Origin: an uncultured Acidobacteriota bacterium | GTDB taxonomy: Bacteria; Acidobacteriota; JAQAZP01 | NCBI GenBank assembly: GCA_963836075.1 | Contig: CAWIIB010000009.1 | Span: 608,001-672,000, forward strand | DNA length: 64,000 nucleotides | Reading direction: 5' to 3' | In this document: positions 44,306 to 53,760 of the stretch, one piece after another | How positions within the stretch are numbered: the first letter of the stretch is position 1 | Layout of the letters: every line of letters begins with the position of its first letter | Translations under genes and position numbers: made by a program | Notes under the pieces: generated by a model | The model's input: the letters and a program-made list of their open reading frames with translations, nothing else | What the model was told of the DNA's origin: nothing | Databases searched by the model: none

Positions 44306-44503
44306 TCAGCATTTGGGCTTGATGATCTTTTTCAGCAGGCCGCTGAACACCAGACCCACGGCAACCCCCACGCCGATCCCCACGGCAATGTTGTCCAGGG
44401 CCACGCCCACCGCCAATCCGATTCCAACACCCATCATCAGGCCGGCACCCGGCCCGCTGTTGGTGCTTCATCTCATGTTGTCATTGCCCGGTATCTCCGA
44501 CAT
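44306..44503 (-). CDS. Small glycine-zipper membrane protein with an in-frame TGA at codon 12 (not in the ORF track)
   Basis: GAGAGGGG RBS, then MSEIPGNDNMR*STNSGPGAGLMMGVGIGLAVGVALDNIAVGIGVGVAVGLVFSGLLKKIIKPKC. It fills the gap in the operon. Confidence 0.6.
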
Positions 44504-44535
44504 TGTGTTCCCCTCTCTTCCCGACCGGTCACGTT

Positions 44536-45903
44536 TTATTTCACATACACGGTCTTGATGTTGACGAATTCCCGGATGCCAAAGCTGGACAGCTCGCGGC
44601 CGTACCCGCTTTCCTTGATCCCGCCAAAGGGGAGGCGCGGGTCGGAGCGGACAAAGTCATTGACGAAACAGCAGCCCGCTTCCAGCTCCTGGCTGGCGAT
44701 CCGGTCACCCCGGGCACTGTCGCCGGTGAACACGGCGGCGCCGAGGCCGAAGATCGAATCGTTGGCCACCCGGATGGCTTCCTCCTCGTCAGCCACCCCG
44801 ATCACCGCGGCCACCGGGCCGAACAGCTCCTCCTCGTAGGCCGGCATCCCCTTGGTCACCCCGCTGAGCAGGGTGGCCGGATACCAGGCGCCCGGCTGTT
44901 TCGGGATCTCGCCGCCCATGACGGCCGTGGCCCCCAGATCGATGGAGCGGCGCACCTGCTGGTGCAGCTCGTCGCGCAGGTCTTCCCGGGCCTGGGGCCC
45001 CATGTCGGTCCCCTCGTCCAGCGGGTCGCCCATGGTGCGGGCCGCCATCCGCTCGGTGAGCAGCTTCTCGAACCTCTCCCGCACCGCCTCCACCACAATG
45101 AACCGTTTGGCGGCGATACAGCTCTGGCCGGCGTTGATCAGCCGGCTGATGGCGCAGGCTTCCGCGGCCTGTTCCAGATCAGCATCCTCGAGGATCACAT
45201 AGGGGTCGCTGCCCCCCAGCTCTAGCACCGTCTTCTTCAGCACGCCGCCCGCGGTGGAGGCCACGGCTTTCCCGGCCGGGGTGGACCCGGTGAGGGTCAC
45301 CGCCTTGACCAGCGGGTTGCTGATGATCGCCTCCACCTGGGCGCTGCCTACCAGCAGGGTACGGAAGATGTCCACCGGGAATCCGGCCTCGCGAAATATC
45401 TCTTCGATGGCCAGGGCGCTGCCCGGCACGTTGGAGGCGTGTTTGAGGACGCCGGCGTTGCCGGCCATCAGGGCCGGGGCGGCGAAGCGGAAGACCTGCC
45501 ACAGGGGGAAGTTCCAGGGCATCACCGCCAGCACCACGCCAATGGGGCGGAAGGCCACGTAACTGCGGGAAGCCTCTGTATCGATGGCTTCGTCGGCCAG
45601 GAACCCCGGTGCCTTGTCCGCGTAGTAGTCGCAGACCGCCGCGCACTTGGCCACTTCGGCCCGGCCATCCCTCACCGGTTTGCCCATCTCCTGGGCCATC
45701 AGCCGGGCCAACTCGTCGGCCCTGACCCGCAGACCGTCGGCGGCCTTGTGCATCAGGGCCGTCCGCGCTTCAAAACCGGTGCGCCGCCACTGGAGAAAGG
45801 CCTGGTGGGCCGCGTCAACGGCGGCCGCCGCATCCCCGGGTGTCATTTCGTCATAGCTGGCCACCGTTTCGCCGGTGGCCGGGTTGACCACGTCCAGGCT
45901 CAT
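44536..45903 (-). CDS. NAD(P)-dependent succinate-semialdehyde dehydrogenase (Sad/GabD-like)
   Basis: MPWNFPLWQVFRF, LKHASNVP, LELGGSDP, NAGQSCIAAKR, EELFGPVA, PFGGIKESGYGREL. Confidence 0.9.
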   Translation of the reverse strand: MSLDVVNPATGETVASYDEMTPGDAAAAVDAAHQAFLQWRRTGFEARTALMHKAADGLRVRADELARLMAQEMGKPVRDGRAEVAKCAAVCDYYADKAPGFLADEAIDTEASRSYVAFRPIGVVLAVMPWNFPLWQVFRFAAPALMAGNAGVLKHASNVPGSALAIEEIFREAGFPVDIFRTLLVGSAQVEAIISNPLVKAVTLTGSTPAGKAVASTAGGVLKKTVLELGGSDPYVILEDADLEQAAEACAISRLINAGQSCIAAKRFIVVEAVRERFEKLLTERMAARTMGDPLDEGTDMGPQAREDLRDELHQQVRRSIDLGATAVMGGEIPKQPGAWYPATLLSGVTKGMPAYEEELFGPVAAVIGVADEEEAIRVANDSIFGLGAAVFTGDSARGDRIASQELEAGCCFVNDFVRSDPRLPFGGIKESGYGRELSSFGIREFVNIKTVYVK

Positions 45904-47552
45904 TGTGCGTCCCTCCAGTAGCTGTTCAGGTTTTCCACCAGTTTCATGTTGATGCTCGGGTCCACCGGGATCTCCACCACCGACAGTTCACCGGAGGGGA
46001 TGGTCTCCCGCAGAGTTTCCCGCAGCTCGGCCAGGTTCTCCGGCCGGTAGGCCGTGATGCCGAAGCTCTCCACGAAGGCCTTGAAGTCGGGGTTGCCCAG
46101 CCGGGTGAAGATCGACCGCCCCCGGGACAGCTTCTGCTTCCAGGAGATCAGTCCGTAATCGTTGTCGTTGAAGATGATGATGGTGCATCCCACACCAAGC
46201 CGTTTGGCCGTCTCCAGTTCCTGGGAGTTCATCATGAACCCGCCGTCCCCCATCACCGCCACCACCTGGCGGCCCGGATCGGCCAGCGAGGCGGCCACCG
46301 CGCCAGGCAGGGCGATGCCCATGCTGGCCAGCCCGTTGGAGATGATGCAGCCGTTGGGGCAGAGGGTGGGGAAGTTGCGGCCGACCCACATCTTGTGGCT
46401 GCCCACGTCGCTGATCAGCAGCCCGCAGGGATCGAGGACCTGGCGGATTTCATGCAGTGCGCCCGGAACAGTGAACGGCTGCCCGTCTTCCAGCACGCAC
46501 CGTTGGCGGAACCGCTGAATCCGCTCACGGATCGGAGTGAACCACTGGCGGTCGAAGCTGAGATCGCGGTCACTCAGTTTCTGATCCAGATCCCAGATGG
46601 TGCCCGAGATGTCGCCCACCACCTCCACGTCCACTTCGTAGTGCGCGTAGACCTCGGCCGGGATGAAATCGATGTGCACCACCTTCTTCCCGTCGGGGTT
46701 CCACTTTTCAGGCTGGAACTCGGCGATGTCGTAGCCCACGGTGAGAATCAGGTCCGCCTGGTCAACCGCTTCCATCACGTAGTCCCGCACAAAACCGAGA
46801 CCGATACTGCCCAGGGACAGGGGCGAGTCGTCGCTCAATGCGCCCTTGCCCATGAAGGTGGTGGTCACCGGGATGCCGTGCCGCTCCACAAAGGCGGTGA
46901 GGTGCTTGCTGGCCAGTTTGCGGATGGCGCCGTTGCCGGCGATGATCAGCGGCCTCTTCGCCGACTCCAGCAGTTCGATGGTGCTGTTGATCGCCTTGTA
47001 GTCCGGCGCCGGCCGCCGCACCCGCCGTGCGGGAATGGGTGTCACCTTGTGCACCACCTCCCCGGCAGCCAGGTCTTCGGACAGCTCGATGTGCGTCGCC
47101 CCCGGCTTCTCCGCCTGGGCCGCCCGGAAAGCCTTGCGCACCACCTCGCTGACCACCTCCGGTGAGGAGATGGCCGAGTTCCACTTGGTGATCGGCCCGA
47201 ACATGTGGACGATGTCGATGTACTGGTGGCTCTCCTGGTGCATTCGGGTGATGCCGCCCTGGGCAGTGAGCGCCACCAGCGGGGCCTTGTCCAGGTTGGC
47301 GTCGGCCACCCCGGTGATCAGGTTGGTGGCCCCGGGGCCGAGGGTGGCGAGGCAGACCCCGGCCCGGCCGGTGATCCGTCCCCAGACGTTGGCCATGAAG
47401 GCCGCCCCCTGCTCGTGGCGGCAGGGGATGAACTGGATCGACGACCCCTCCAACGAAAAGAGGAAGTCCTCGTTCTCCTCGCCCGGGACACCGAAGATAT
47501 ATTTCACACCCTCGTTTTCCAGGCATTTGACGAACAGGTCGGTTACTTTCAT
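45900..47552 (-). CDS. ThDP-dependent enzyme of the acetolactate synthase family; candidate 2-oxoglutarate decarboxylase
   Basis: FGVPGEEN, RHEQGAAFMA, LGPGATNL, HQESHQY, GDGGFMMNSQELET. Overlaps the SSADH start; no regulatory small subunit nearby. Confidence 0.85.
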   Translation of the reverse strand: MKVTDLFVKCLENEGVKYIFGVPGEENEDFLFSLEGSSIQFIPCRHEQGAAFMANVWGRITGRAGVCLATLGPGATNLITGVADANLDKAPLVALTAQGGITRMHQESHQYIDIVHMFGPITKWNSAISSPEVVSEVVRKAFRAAQAEKPGATHIELSEDLAAGEVVHKVTPIPARRVRRPAPDYKAINSTIELLESAKRPLIIAGNGAIRKLASKHLTAFVERHGIPVTTTFMGKGALSDDSPLSLGSIGLGFVRDYVMEAVDQADLILTVGYDIAEFQPEKWNPDGKKVVHIDFIPAEVYAHYEVDVEVVGDISGTIWDLDQKLSDRDLSFDRQWFTPIRERIQRFRQRCVLEDGQPFTVPGALHEIRQVLDPCGLLISDVGSHKMWVGRNFPTLCPNGCIISNGLASMGIALPGAVAASLADPGRQVVAVMGDGGFMMNSQELETAKRLGVGCTIIIFNDNDYGLISWKQKLSRGRSIFTRLGNPDFKAFVESFGITAYRPENLAELRETLRETIPSGELSVVEIPVDPSINMKLVENLNSYWRDAQ

Positions 47553-47554
47553 CT

Positions 47555-49570
47555 TTATTGCTCCATATCCCGCCCCAGGTGCTCCGTGCGGAGCACCCGG
47601 CGCATCAGCTTGTTCGAGGCCGTTCGAGGAAGTTTGGCGAGCAGCACCAGGTCATGGACCCGGAAGAGCGGGTTGAGTTGCTCGCGGATCAGTTGCTGCA
47701 GCTGCGCTTTCAGTTCAGGCTTCCCTGGCGCCTCGTCTCCACCAGCGGGAACAACGTGAAGCACCAGCTGCTCCGCGCCTTCGCCACCCAGCTGGACCCC
47801 CACAGCCGCACTCTCCAGAACAAGGGGATGGGTGTCGACGATCTGCTCCAGTTCCAGCGAACTGACCTTGATCCCGCCAAGGTTCATGGTGTCGTCGGCC
47901 CGCCCCTGGGCGCGGAAGTACCCGCCATGCAGCCGCTGCATCTGGTCGCCGTGGCGGCGCAACCGCTGGCCATCCGGCCCGGCGGGGCACCCTTCGAAGT
48001 AGACCTGGTGGTGGTCTCCGTTGAGCAGGTTTTGAGAGAGCCCGATGGAGGGCGGCACGATGAACAGTTCTCCGGTCTCACCCTCGGTTGCCGGGCGGCC
48101 CTGCTCGTCAAGCATCAGCAGCCCGACCCCCAGGGCCGGTGTGCTGAAGGTGGCCGGTGAAGCCGGCTGCACCATGGTGCCGGTGATCAGTCCGCCGCCG
48201 ATCTCGGTCCCGCCCAGGTACTCGATCACCGGCGCCCGGTAGCCGGTGCGGCTCATCAGCCAGAGGTAGTCCTCGGCAGCCGACGGCTCACCGGTGGAGC
48301 TGAAGAGACGGATGGCACTCCAGTCGGCGTGTTCCAGCGCACCGGACGATCGCCAGGCGCGGACCAGCGAAGGGACCACACCGAGCACGGTGACCCCGGC
48401 CCGCTCGATAAAACGGGCAAAGTCGCTGCCGGTGGGCGCCCCCTCGTGGAGCGCGATGGCCCCGCGGTTGAGCAGCGTGGCGTAGATCAGCCAGGGGCCC
48501 ATCATCCAGCCGATGTTGGTGGGCCAGGCCACCACGTCCTTTTCACCGATGTCCTGGTGAAAGCGGCCGTCCATCCCGCACTTCAACGGCGTGAGGTGGG
48601 ACCAGGGGATCATCTTCGGTGTCCCGGTGGTACCAGAGGAGAAGAGGATGTTGGTCACGTCGTACGGGTCGGCCGTCACCGAACTGAATCCGGTTTCGGG
48701 GGCCAGGAAATGATCGCAGAGGATGTCGCCCTCGCGCAGCGATACGTCCTGCTCCGGGTCCATGGGCACCACCACCGCCATCGGCGCCCCGGCCTCCCTG
48801 ACCTTGTCGTAAAGTCGCACTTCCTTACCGCCCCGGAGGTAGGCATCCTGGGTCACCACCAGCCGGGCCTGGCCCAGCTCCAGACGGCGGGCCAGTTCGC
48901 CGGCCGAAAAGCTGTCGGCGATGGAGATCACCCGCAACCCGGCACGGACAACCGCAAGATAGGCCACCACGCACTCGAGGTTCATCGGCATGAACAGGGC
49001 CACGGCGCTTCCCCGGGGCAACCCCAGGCGGGCAAACCCGCCGGCGGCCCGGTCGACCAGCGCTTCCAGTTCGCCATAGGTGGTGACCTGCGGTTCATCG
49101 TCCTGCTCGCGGGCCCAGAGCACCGCCGGCCGGTCCGGGTCGGCGCGGAAACAGCTGTCACTGATGTTCATCCGTGCACCCGGCAGCCAGCGCACCTCTT
49201 CCACCCCGCCGGAGAAGTCAGCGGTCATCCCGGGCGGCGTCTCAAAAACGATGCCCAGCCGTTCGATCACCACAGCCCAGAAGCCGGCCCGATCCTCCAG
49301 CGACCAGCGGTGGAGGGCGTCATAACCGGACAGGCCCAGTTCGCCGATGAGCTGGCCGATGTTGGATTTCGCCACCTGTTCCTCAGTGGGGATCCAGGCC
49401 GGTGGCGGCACGCCGGCCGCAGCCCGGCCGGCGTAGATCGAGCGGAAGACGGACCACTGGTCAGCAAAGGGGATGGTCTCTCCGGCGCGCACCCGTTCCA
49501 CGAACTGGAGCCACTGCCGCTCCTGTTCCCGCGGGTCAGTCCGATTCCCATGCTGGTTGCCGATGTTCAT
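47555..49570 (-). CDS. AMP-binding acyl-CoA synthetase (acetate-CoA-ligase-like)
   Basis: ILFSSGTTGTPK, GGTEIGG, GRADDTMNLGGIK, LPRTASNK. Start MNIGNQ after AGGAG. Confidence 0.9.
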   Translation of the reverse strand: MNIGNQHGNRTDPREQERQWLQFVERVRAGETIPFADQWSVFRSIYAGRAAAGVPPPAWIPTEEQVAKSNIGQLIGELGLSGYDALHRWSLEDRAGFWAVVIERLGIVFETPPGMTADFSGGVEEVRWLPGARMNISDSCFRADPDRPAVLWAREQDDEPQVTTYGELEALVDRAAGGFARLGLPRGSAVALFMPMNLECVVAYLAVVRAGLRVISIADSFSAGELARRLELGQARLVVTQDAYLRGGKEVRLYDKVREAGAPMAVVVPMDPEQDVSLREGDILCDHFLAPETGFSSVTADPYDVTNILFSSGTTGTPKMIPWSHLTPLKCGMDGRFHQDIGEKDVVAWPTNIGWMMGPWLIYATLLNRGAIALHEGAPTGSDFARFIERAGVTVLGVVPSLVRAWRSSGALEHADWSAIRLFSSTGEPSAAEDYLWLMSRTGYRAPVIEYLGGTEIGGGLITGTMVQPASPATFSTPALGVGLLMLDEQGRPATEGETGELFIVPPSIGLSQNLLNGDHHQVYFEGCPAGPDGQRLRRHGDQMQRLHGGYFRAQGRADDTMNLGGIKVSSLELEQIVDTHPLVLESAAVGVQLGGEGAEQLVLHVVPAGGDEAPGKPELKAQLQQLIREQLNPLFRVHDLVLLAKLPRTASNKLMRRVLRTEHLGRDMEQ

Positions 49571-49712
49571 TCCTTCTCCTGAAAACGTGTCCCATATTCT
49601 ACCTGTTTTGTCGAACTTCCTCACTCCTTCGTTGCAAATATTCAAGGCCCCAGTGGTAATATCCGGGTCGAAGCCCTCAGACAGCCCCGATGAAACATTT
49701 CGGAGAGTGGCC

Positions 49713-52700
49713 ATGGCCGCGAAAAAGCTCCGTCGCATCTTATGGATTGCCGCGGCATTCCTCGCCCTGATGGTCGCTCTGCTGCTTGTTCTGCTCCTCG
49801 TTGGTGTCCGGGTTGACCTGGGCGGGCACCGCGGCTCCCTGGAGACGGCCGCCGCCGAGGCCCTGGGCCGGCAGGTCACTATCGTGGAACCTCTGGCGCT
49901 GGAGGTGTCTTTCTCCCCCTCCCTGCAGGTCGGCGGGCTCCAGGTTTACAACCCGGCGGGATGGGCTGCAGACCGCTTCGCCGACCTGGGGCCATCGGAA
50001 ATCCGGATCTCCCTCGGTGCGCTCCTCCGGAAAAAGATCCTCGTCCACAACCTCGCCGCCCAGGGGGTACAGCTCACTCTCCTGCGGAATCGAGGTGGCG
50101 AACCCAACTGGGCCTTTGACTCATCCGGCTCATCCGGGGAGGAGGATGGATTCGGTTTCGCCGGCCTGGAGTCCTTCTCCCTCACCGGCGTGGATGTGGC
50201 ATACCATGGCGGGGGGTCCGACCCGGTGAAGATGGTCATCGAGGAGATCACGGGGAGCGTCACCGCCAAAGCGCCGGTAACGGTGATCGCCAGGACGTCG
50301 CTGGGGGATGAAGTCCTGACCGCCACCCTCAGCCTCCCCGCCCTGGACGAGATCCAGGAGAGGGGCAGCCCCTGGCCTCTCCATCTTCAGGGGGAGTGTG
50401 CCGGCAACACCGGGGAAGTGACCGTGCACCGGGCGCTCTTCGGGGAAGAGACCAGCTTCGATGCCGAGCTCCACCTGGGGGGGGAGGACCTGCAGGAGCT
50501 GGGGCGGCTGGCCGGGATGGAACTGCCCCCGGCAGGACCGTTCTCGGCCGCCGCAACCGTGTCGGCCAAAGGGACGGTGCTGACCCTGGCGGATTTGAGC
50601 GTCGAGGCCGCCGGCAACAGAATGGTCGGCGACCTGGGCCTAGACCTGGCCGGGGGCCGGATCCTGGTCAGCGGCAACCTGGGCATGGATCAGCTGGATC
50701 TGGAACCGCTGCTCATCCTCGGAGGGCAGGAGGAGACACCGGACGATCCCCTCCGGATGCCGGACCTGCCCGACGGTCTGGGCATCGAGCTGGTACTGGC
50801 CATCGGGACGATACTCAATGCACCGGTCCGGGCCGCCGGTCTCCAGCTGGAGCTGAACGTCGACAGGGGAGAACTCCGGCTCCCCTTCCGGGGCACCGTG
50901 GAGGATCATTCGGTTGACGGCGAGCTCCGGGCCGGCGGGGAGAGGGAGCGGCCCCACCTCCGGCTGGCGCTGGCCACGGGGCTGTTCGACCTCTCGCCCT
51001 TCCTGGATGAAGGCGCCGGGGACGAATCCGGGCCGGTGCCCGAAGAGCCGCAGGAGAATGTGGTGGCCGCCGTGGCCGGGTGGATGCACCGCCTCGACGC
51101 CGATCTCTCCCTGCATGCCGACACTCTCGGAGGAATCCCCCTGGGCGTGGCAAAGATCAATCTCGAGGGATCTCTGCGGGACGGGGTCCTCAACCTGCCC
51201 GCCCGGGCTGAGGTTGCCGGCGCCACGTGCGAGGGCACCCTCAAGGTCGCCGCCCGGGGCGACGGGCTGGAGGCGGGACTCGACGCCGTTGCCGAAAATC
51301 TCGATCTCGAAGCCCTGGCCAGCCAGGTCCCGGGCCTGGCCGATCTCCATGGAAGTGTTGGGCGTCTTGAGCTGACCCTCTCCACGCAGGGGGATGAACC
51401 GCAGTCGCTGATTAACGGCCTGAAAGCCGATCTGTCCCTGGAGAATGCCGAGCTCCTCCACCGGGGCGTAACCGTCCAGGGGGTCCGGTTCTTCGCCGGT
51501 CAGGGCCGCGTCCAACTGACGGAGTTCGGAGGCAGCGAACTCCTGAGGATGGAGGTCTCCATCGGTGACGGCCGGCTGGGGATCCTCTCACCACAGAGCG
51601 GCCCTCCAGCCACCACGGATCTCCCCTGCGCCCTCGAGGGGACCCTGTCCCGCACCGGGGAGGTGTGGAACATGATCCTCCAGTCGGCTCACCTGGGGAA
51701 CAGCCGGGTCGCCGGCGAAGCGACGCTGTCACCCGGCACGGAAAGACCAATGCTTCTGGCATCCCTCCGTTCGGAGATCATCGATCCCGCGGAACTGAAA
51801 GGCCTGTTCCCCGAGGCTTCGGCGGACAGTGGCGGTGGCGCGAACCCCCCGACCCCGGTCGCAGCGCCGCTTGACCTCCAACTGGAGCTGGAAGTTGACC
51901 GCATACCCACCACGGTTGGTGATGTCACTGAAATACAGGCCGCACTGGTGATCGACGACGGGCTGGTAAAAGAAGCGCCGGCCAGCGCCGTTATCGATGG
52001 TACGCGCTACGAGGGACGTTTCGATATGGAGGAGGAGGACGGGTGGATGCGGGCCGGGTTCTCCCTGGATGCCGGAAATGTCGATGTGGGGTCCCTGATG
52101 TCCCTGGCCGGGATGACCCGGGATGTGGAGGCCACGGCCGGAGCGGTTCACCTCGATATCTGGATGGCAGGCGGGAACATCGAGGAAATGCTGGAGGACC
52201 ACCGTTTCGACTTCATGGTGGAGGAAGGGCGTTTCTCGGTGCCCGACCTGTTCACGGAGCAGATGCGGCAGATCAGTATCCCGAACGCCCTGCTGCGGCG
52301 AGTGGAGAAAGGCCAATACGAAATCGAGCTGGAACCGAGCATCGATGGCTTCCCCGCCCTGGTGGTGGATGGCCGGATCGAGGTTACCGAGGTCCGGAAC
52401 GGCACGGGCAAGAAGGCGCTCACTCACCTGAAGCTGGTGGGTCCCCGCTCGGAAACAGAGATCGAGAGCGCCATCGCCCTACCCTTCACCCCGGTGGGCA
52501 CCGAACTGGGCATCACCTTATCCGGGGAAAGGCTCGACATCTTCGACCCCCTGCTCAATGTCTCGCTGCCCCCCCTCGGCCCCCTCCACCTTTCGGGGCG
52601 GCTGTGGATCGAGGAGGAGGGCCTCCGGCTGACCGATGCGGCCGTCGGGGTGGGAGAGAGCATTCTGCAGGGCACGGCAAAACTTGCCATGACCGGCGAG

Positions 52701-53657
52701 CGACCCCGCCTGGAGGGCGACTTCCGGGTGGAAACCTTGCAGCTCAGGGACTTTGACCTCAAGGGCTGGTCACCGGTACGGGTTACCACCGAGGAGACAG
52801 TGGATACAGAGGAAACGGCCCCGCTGCTCAGCCCCGGCCGCCTGCGGAGCTACGATGGCCGCCTCGCCCTGGAGGTGGCCGAGGCCCGGCTGGGGGACGA
52901 GCGCCTGGGTAAAGCCCGGCTGGACGGAACCCTGGAAAGCGGGAAGCTGAACATCTCCCTCGGAATGGAGATCCCCGGGGGAGAGGTGGCCGCCGGCTGT
53001 ATCTTCACGGCGGAGGATGACGGCGCCTCGACGGAACTGTCGGTAAGCATAAACGACTTCGACTACGGAGACCTGCTGCAGCAGGTGAACAAGGATGCCG
53101 AGGCCCGCGGTACGTTCAGCCTCAGGGCGGACGTGAGCTCCCGGGGAACGGACTTCGCCCAACCCGTCCGGAACGGCAACGGACGGTTCGACTTCACCCT
53201 CTGGCCCGAGAACGCCAAAGCAAAAATATTCGACTACTGGGCGACCAATATCTTCTTCGCCATCCTCCCCGATCTCGATCCCGAGTCAAAGCCCAGCGTC
53301 AACTGTGTCACCGGCTTCTTCGACCTGAACGACGGAGTCCTGACGCCCGAGACCTTGATTATCGACACCACCACGGTCAGGGTGCGGGGCAAGGGATCGA
53401 TTGACCTGAAGAAGAAGCGTGTCGACCTGGTATTGCGGCCACGATCAAAGCGGCCCCAGTTCTTCACTCTGGCCACCCCGCTCACCGTCTCCGGCCCCCT
53501 GTCCGACTTCCGCATCGGGACCACACCGCTCGGGATCGCCGAAACATCAATGCGGTATCTGGCGAGCATCGTCTTTGTTCCCGTGACCTGGATCTTCTCG
53601 GGCATCCTGCCCGAGGAGGGCGAAGACGTCTGCCTTGAACCGCCCGAGGTGCGGTGA
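49713..53657 (+). CDS. Large AsmA-family protein
   Basis: N-terminal TM anchor, AEALGRQVTI, G.PNWAF, long beta-rich body, C-terminal NCV..F.L.DGV...IIDT....GKGSIDL...DL.L.P. Confidence 0.85.
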   Translation: MAAKKLRRILWIAAAFLALMVALLLVLLLVGVRVDLGGHRGSLETAAAEALGRQVTIVEPLALEVSFSPSLQVGGLQVYNPAGWAADRFADLGPSEIRISLGALLRKKILVHNLAAQGVQLTLLRNRGGEPNWAFDSSGSSGEEDGFGFAGLESFSLTGVDVAYHGGGSDPVKMVIEEITGSVTAKAPVTVIARTSLGDEVLTATLSLPALDEIQERGSPWPLHLQGECAGNTGEVTVHRALFGEETSFDAELHLGGEDLQELGRLAGMELPPAGPFSAAATVSAKGTVLTLADLSVEAAGNRMVGDLGLDLAGGRILVSGNLGMDQLDLEPLLILGGQEETPDDPLRMPDLPDGLGIELVLAIGTILNAPVRAAGLQLELNVDRGELRLPFRGTVEDHSVDGELRAGGERERPHLRLALATGLFDLSPFLDEGAGDESGPVPEEPQENVVAAVAGWMHRLDADLSLHADTLGGIPLGVAKINLEGSLRDGVLNLPARAEVAGATCEGTLKVAARGDGLEAGLDAVAENLDLEALASQVPGLADLHGSVGRLELTLSTQGDEPQSLINGLKADLSLENAELLHRGVTVQGVRFFAGQGRVQLTEFGGSELLRMEVSIGDGRLGILSPQSGPPATTDLPCALEGTLSRTGEVWNMILQSAHLGNSRVAGEATLSPGTERPMLLASLRSEIIDPAELKGLFPEASADSGGGANPPTPVAAPLDLQLELEVDRIPTTVGDVTEIQAALVIDDGLVKEAPASAVIDGTRYEGRFDMEEEDGWMRAGFSLDAGNVDVGSLMSLAGMTRDVEATAGAVHLDIWMAGGNIEEMLEDHRFDFMVEEGRFSVPDLFTEQMRQISIPNALLRRVEKGQYEIELEPSIDGFPALVVDGRIEVTEVRNGTGKKALTHLKLVGPRSETEIESAIALPFTPVGTELGITLSGERLDIFDPLLNVSLPPLGPLHLSGRLWIEEEGLRLTDAAVGVGESILQGTAKLAMTGERPRLEGDFRVETLQLRDFDLKGWSPVRVTTEETVDTEETAPLLSPGRLRSYDGRLALEVAEARLGDERLGKARLDGTLESGKLNISLGMEIPGGEVAAGCIFTAEDDGASTELSVSINDFDYGDLLQQVNKDAEARGTFSLRADVSSRGTDFAQPVRNGNGRFDFTLWPENAKAKIFDYWATNIFFAILPDLDPESKPSVNCVTGFFDLNDGVLTPETLIIDTTTVRVRGKGSIDLKKKRVDLVLRPRSKRPQFFTLATPLTVSGPLSDFRIGTTPLGIAETSMRYLASIVFVPVTWIFSGILPEEGEDVCLEPPEVR

Positions 53658-53760
53658 GCACGGTTGTTGCTCCAGTTCCCGAAGTACCGTATATCTAAGG
53701 TTGATACAATATTATGCACTGCAAGGATAAACCCGAGTTCACCGCATCTGAAAGAAGAGG

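Noticed and set aside
49473-49879. Apparent 400-bp overlap between the ligase and AsmA ORFs
   Set aside because: Resolved by downstream starts at 49570 (-) and 49713 (+), which leave a normal divergent intergenic region.
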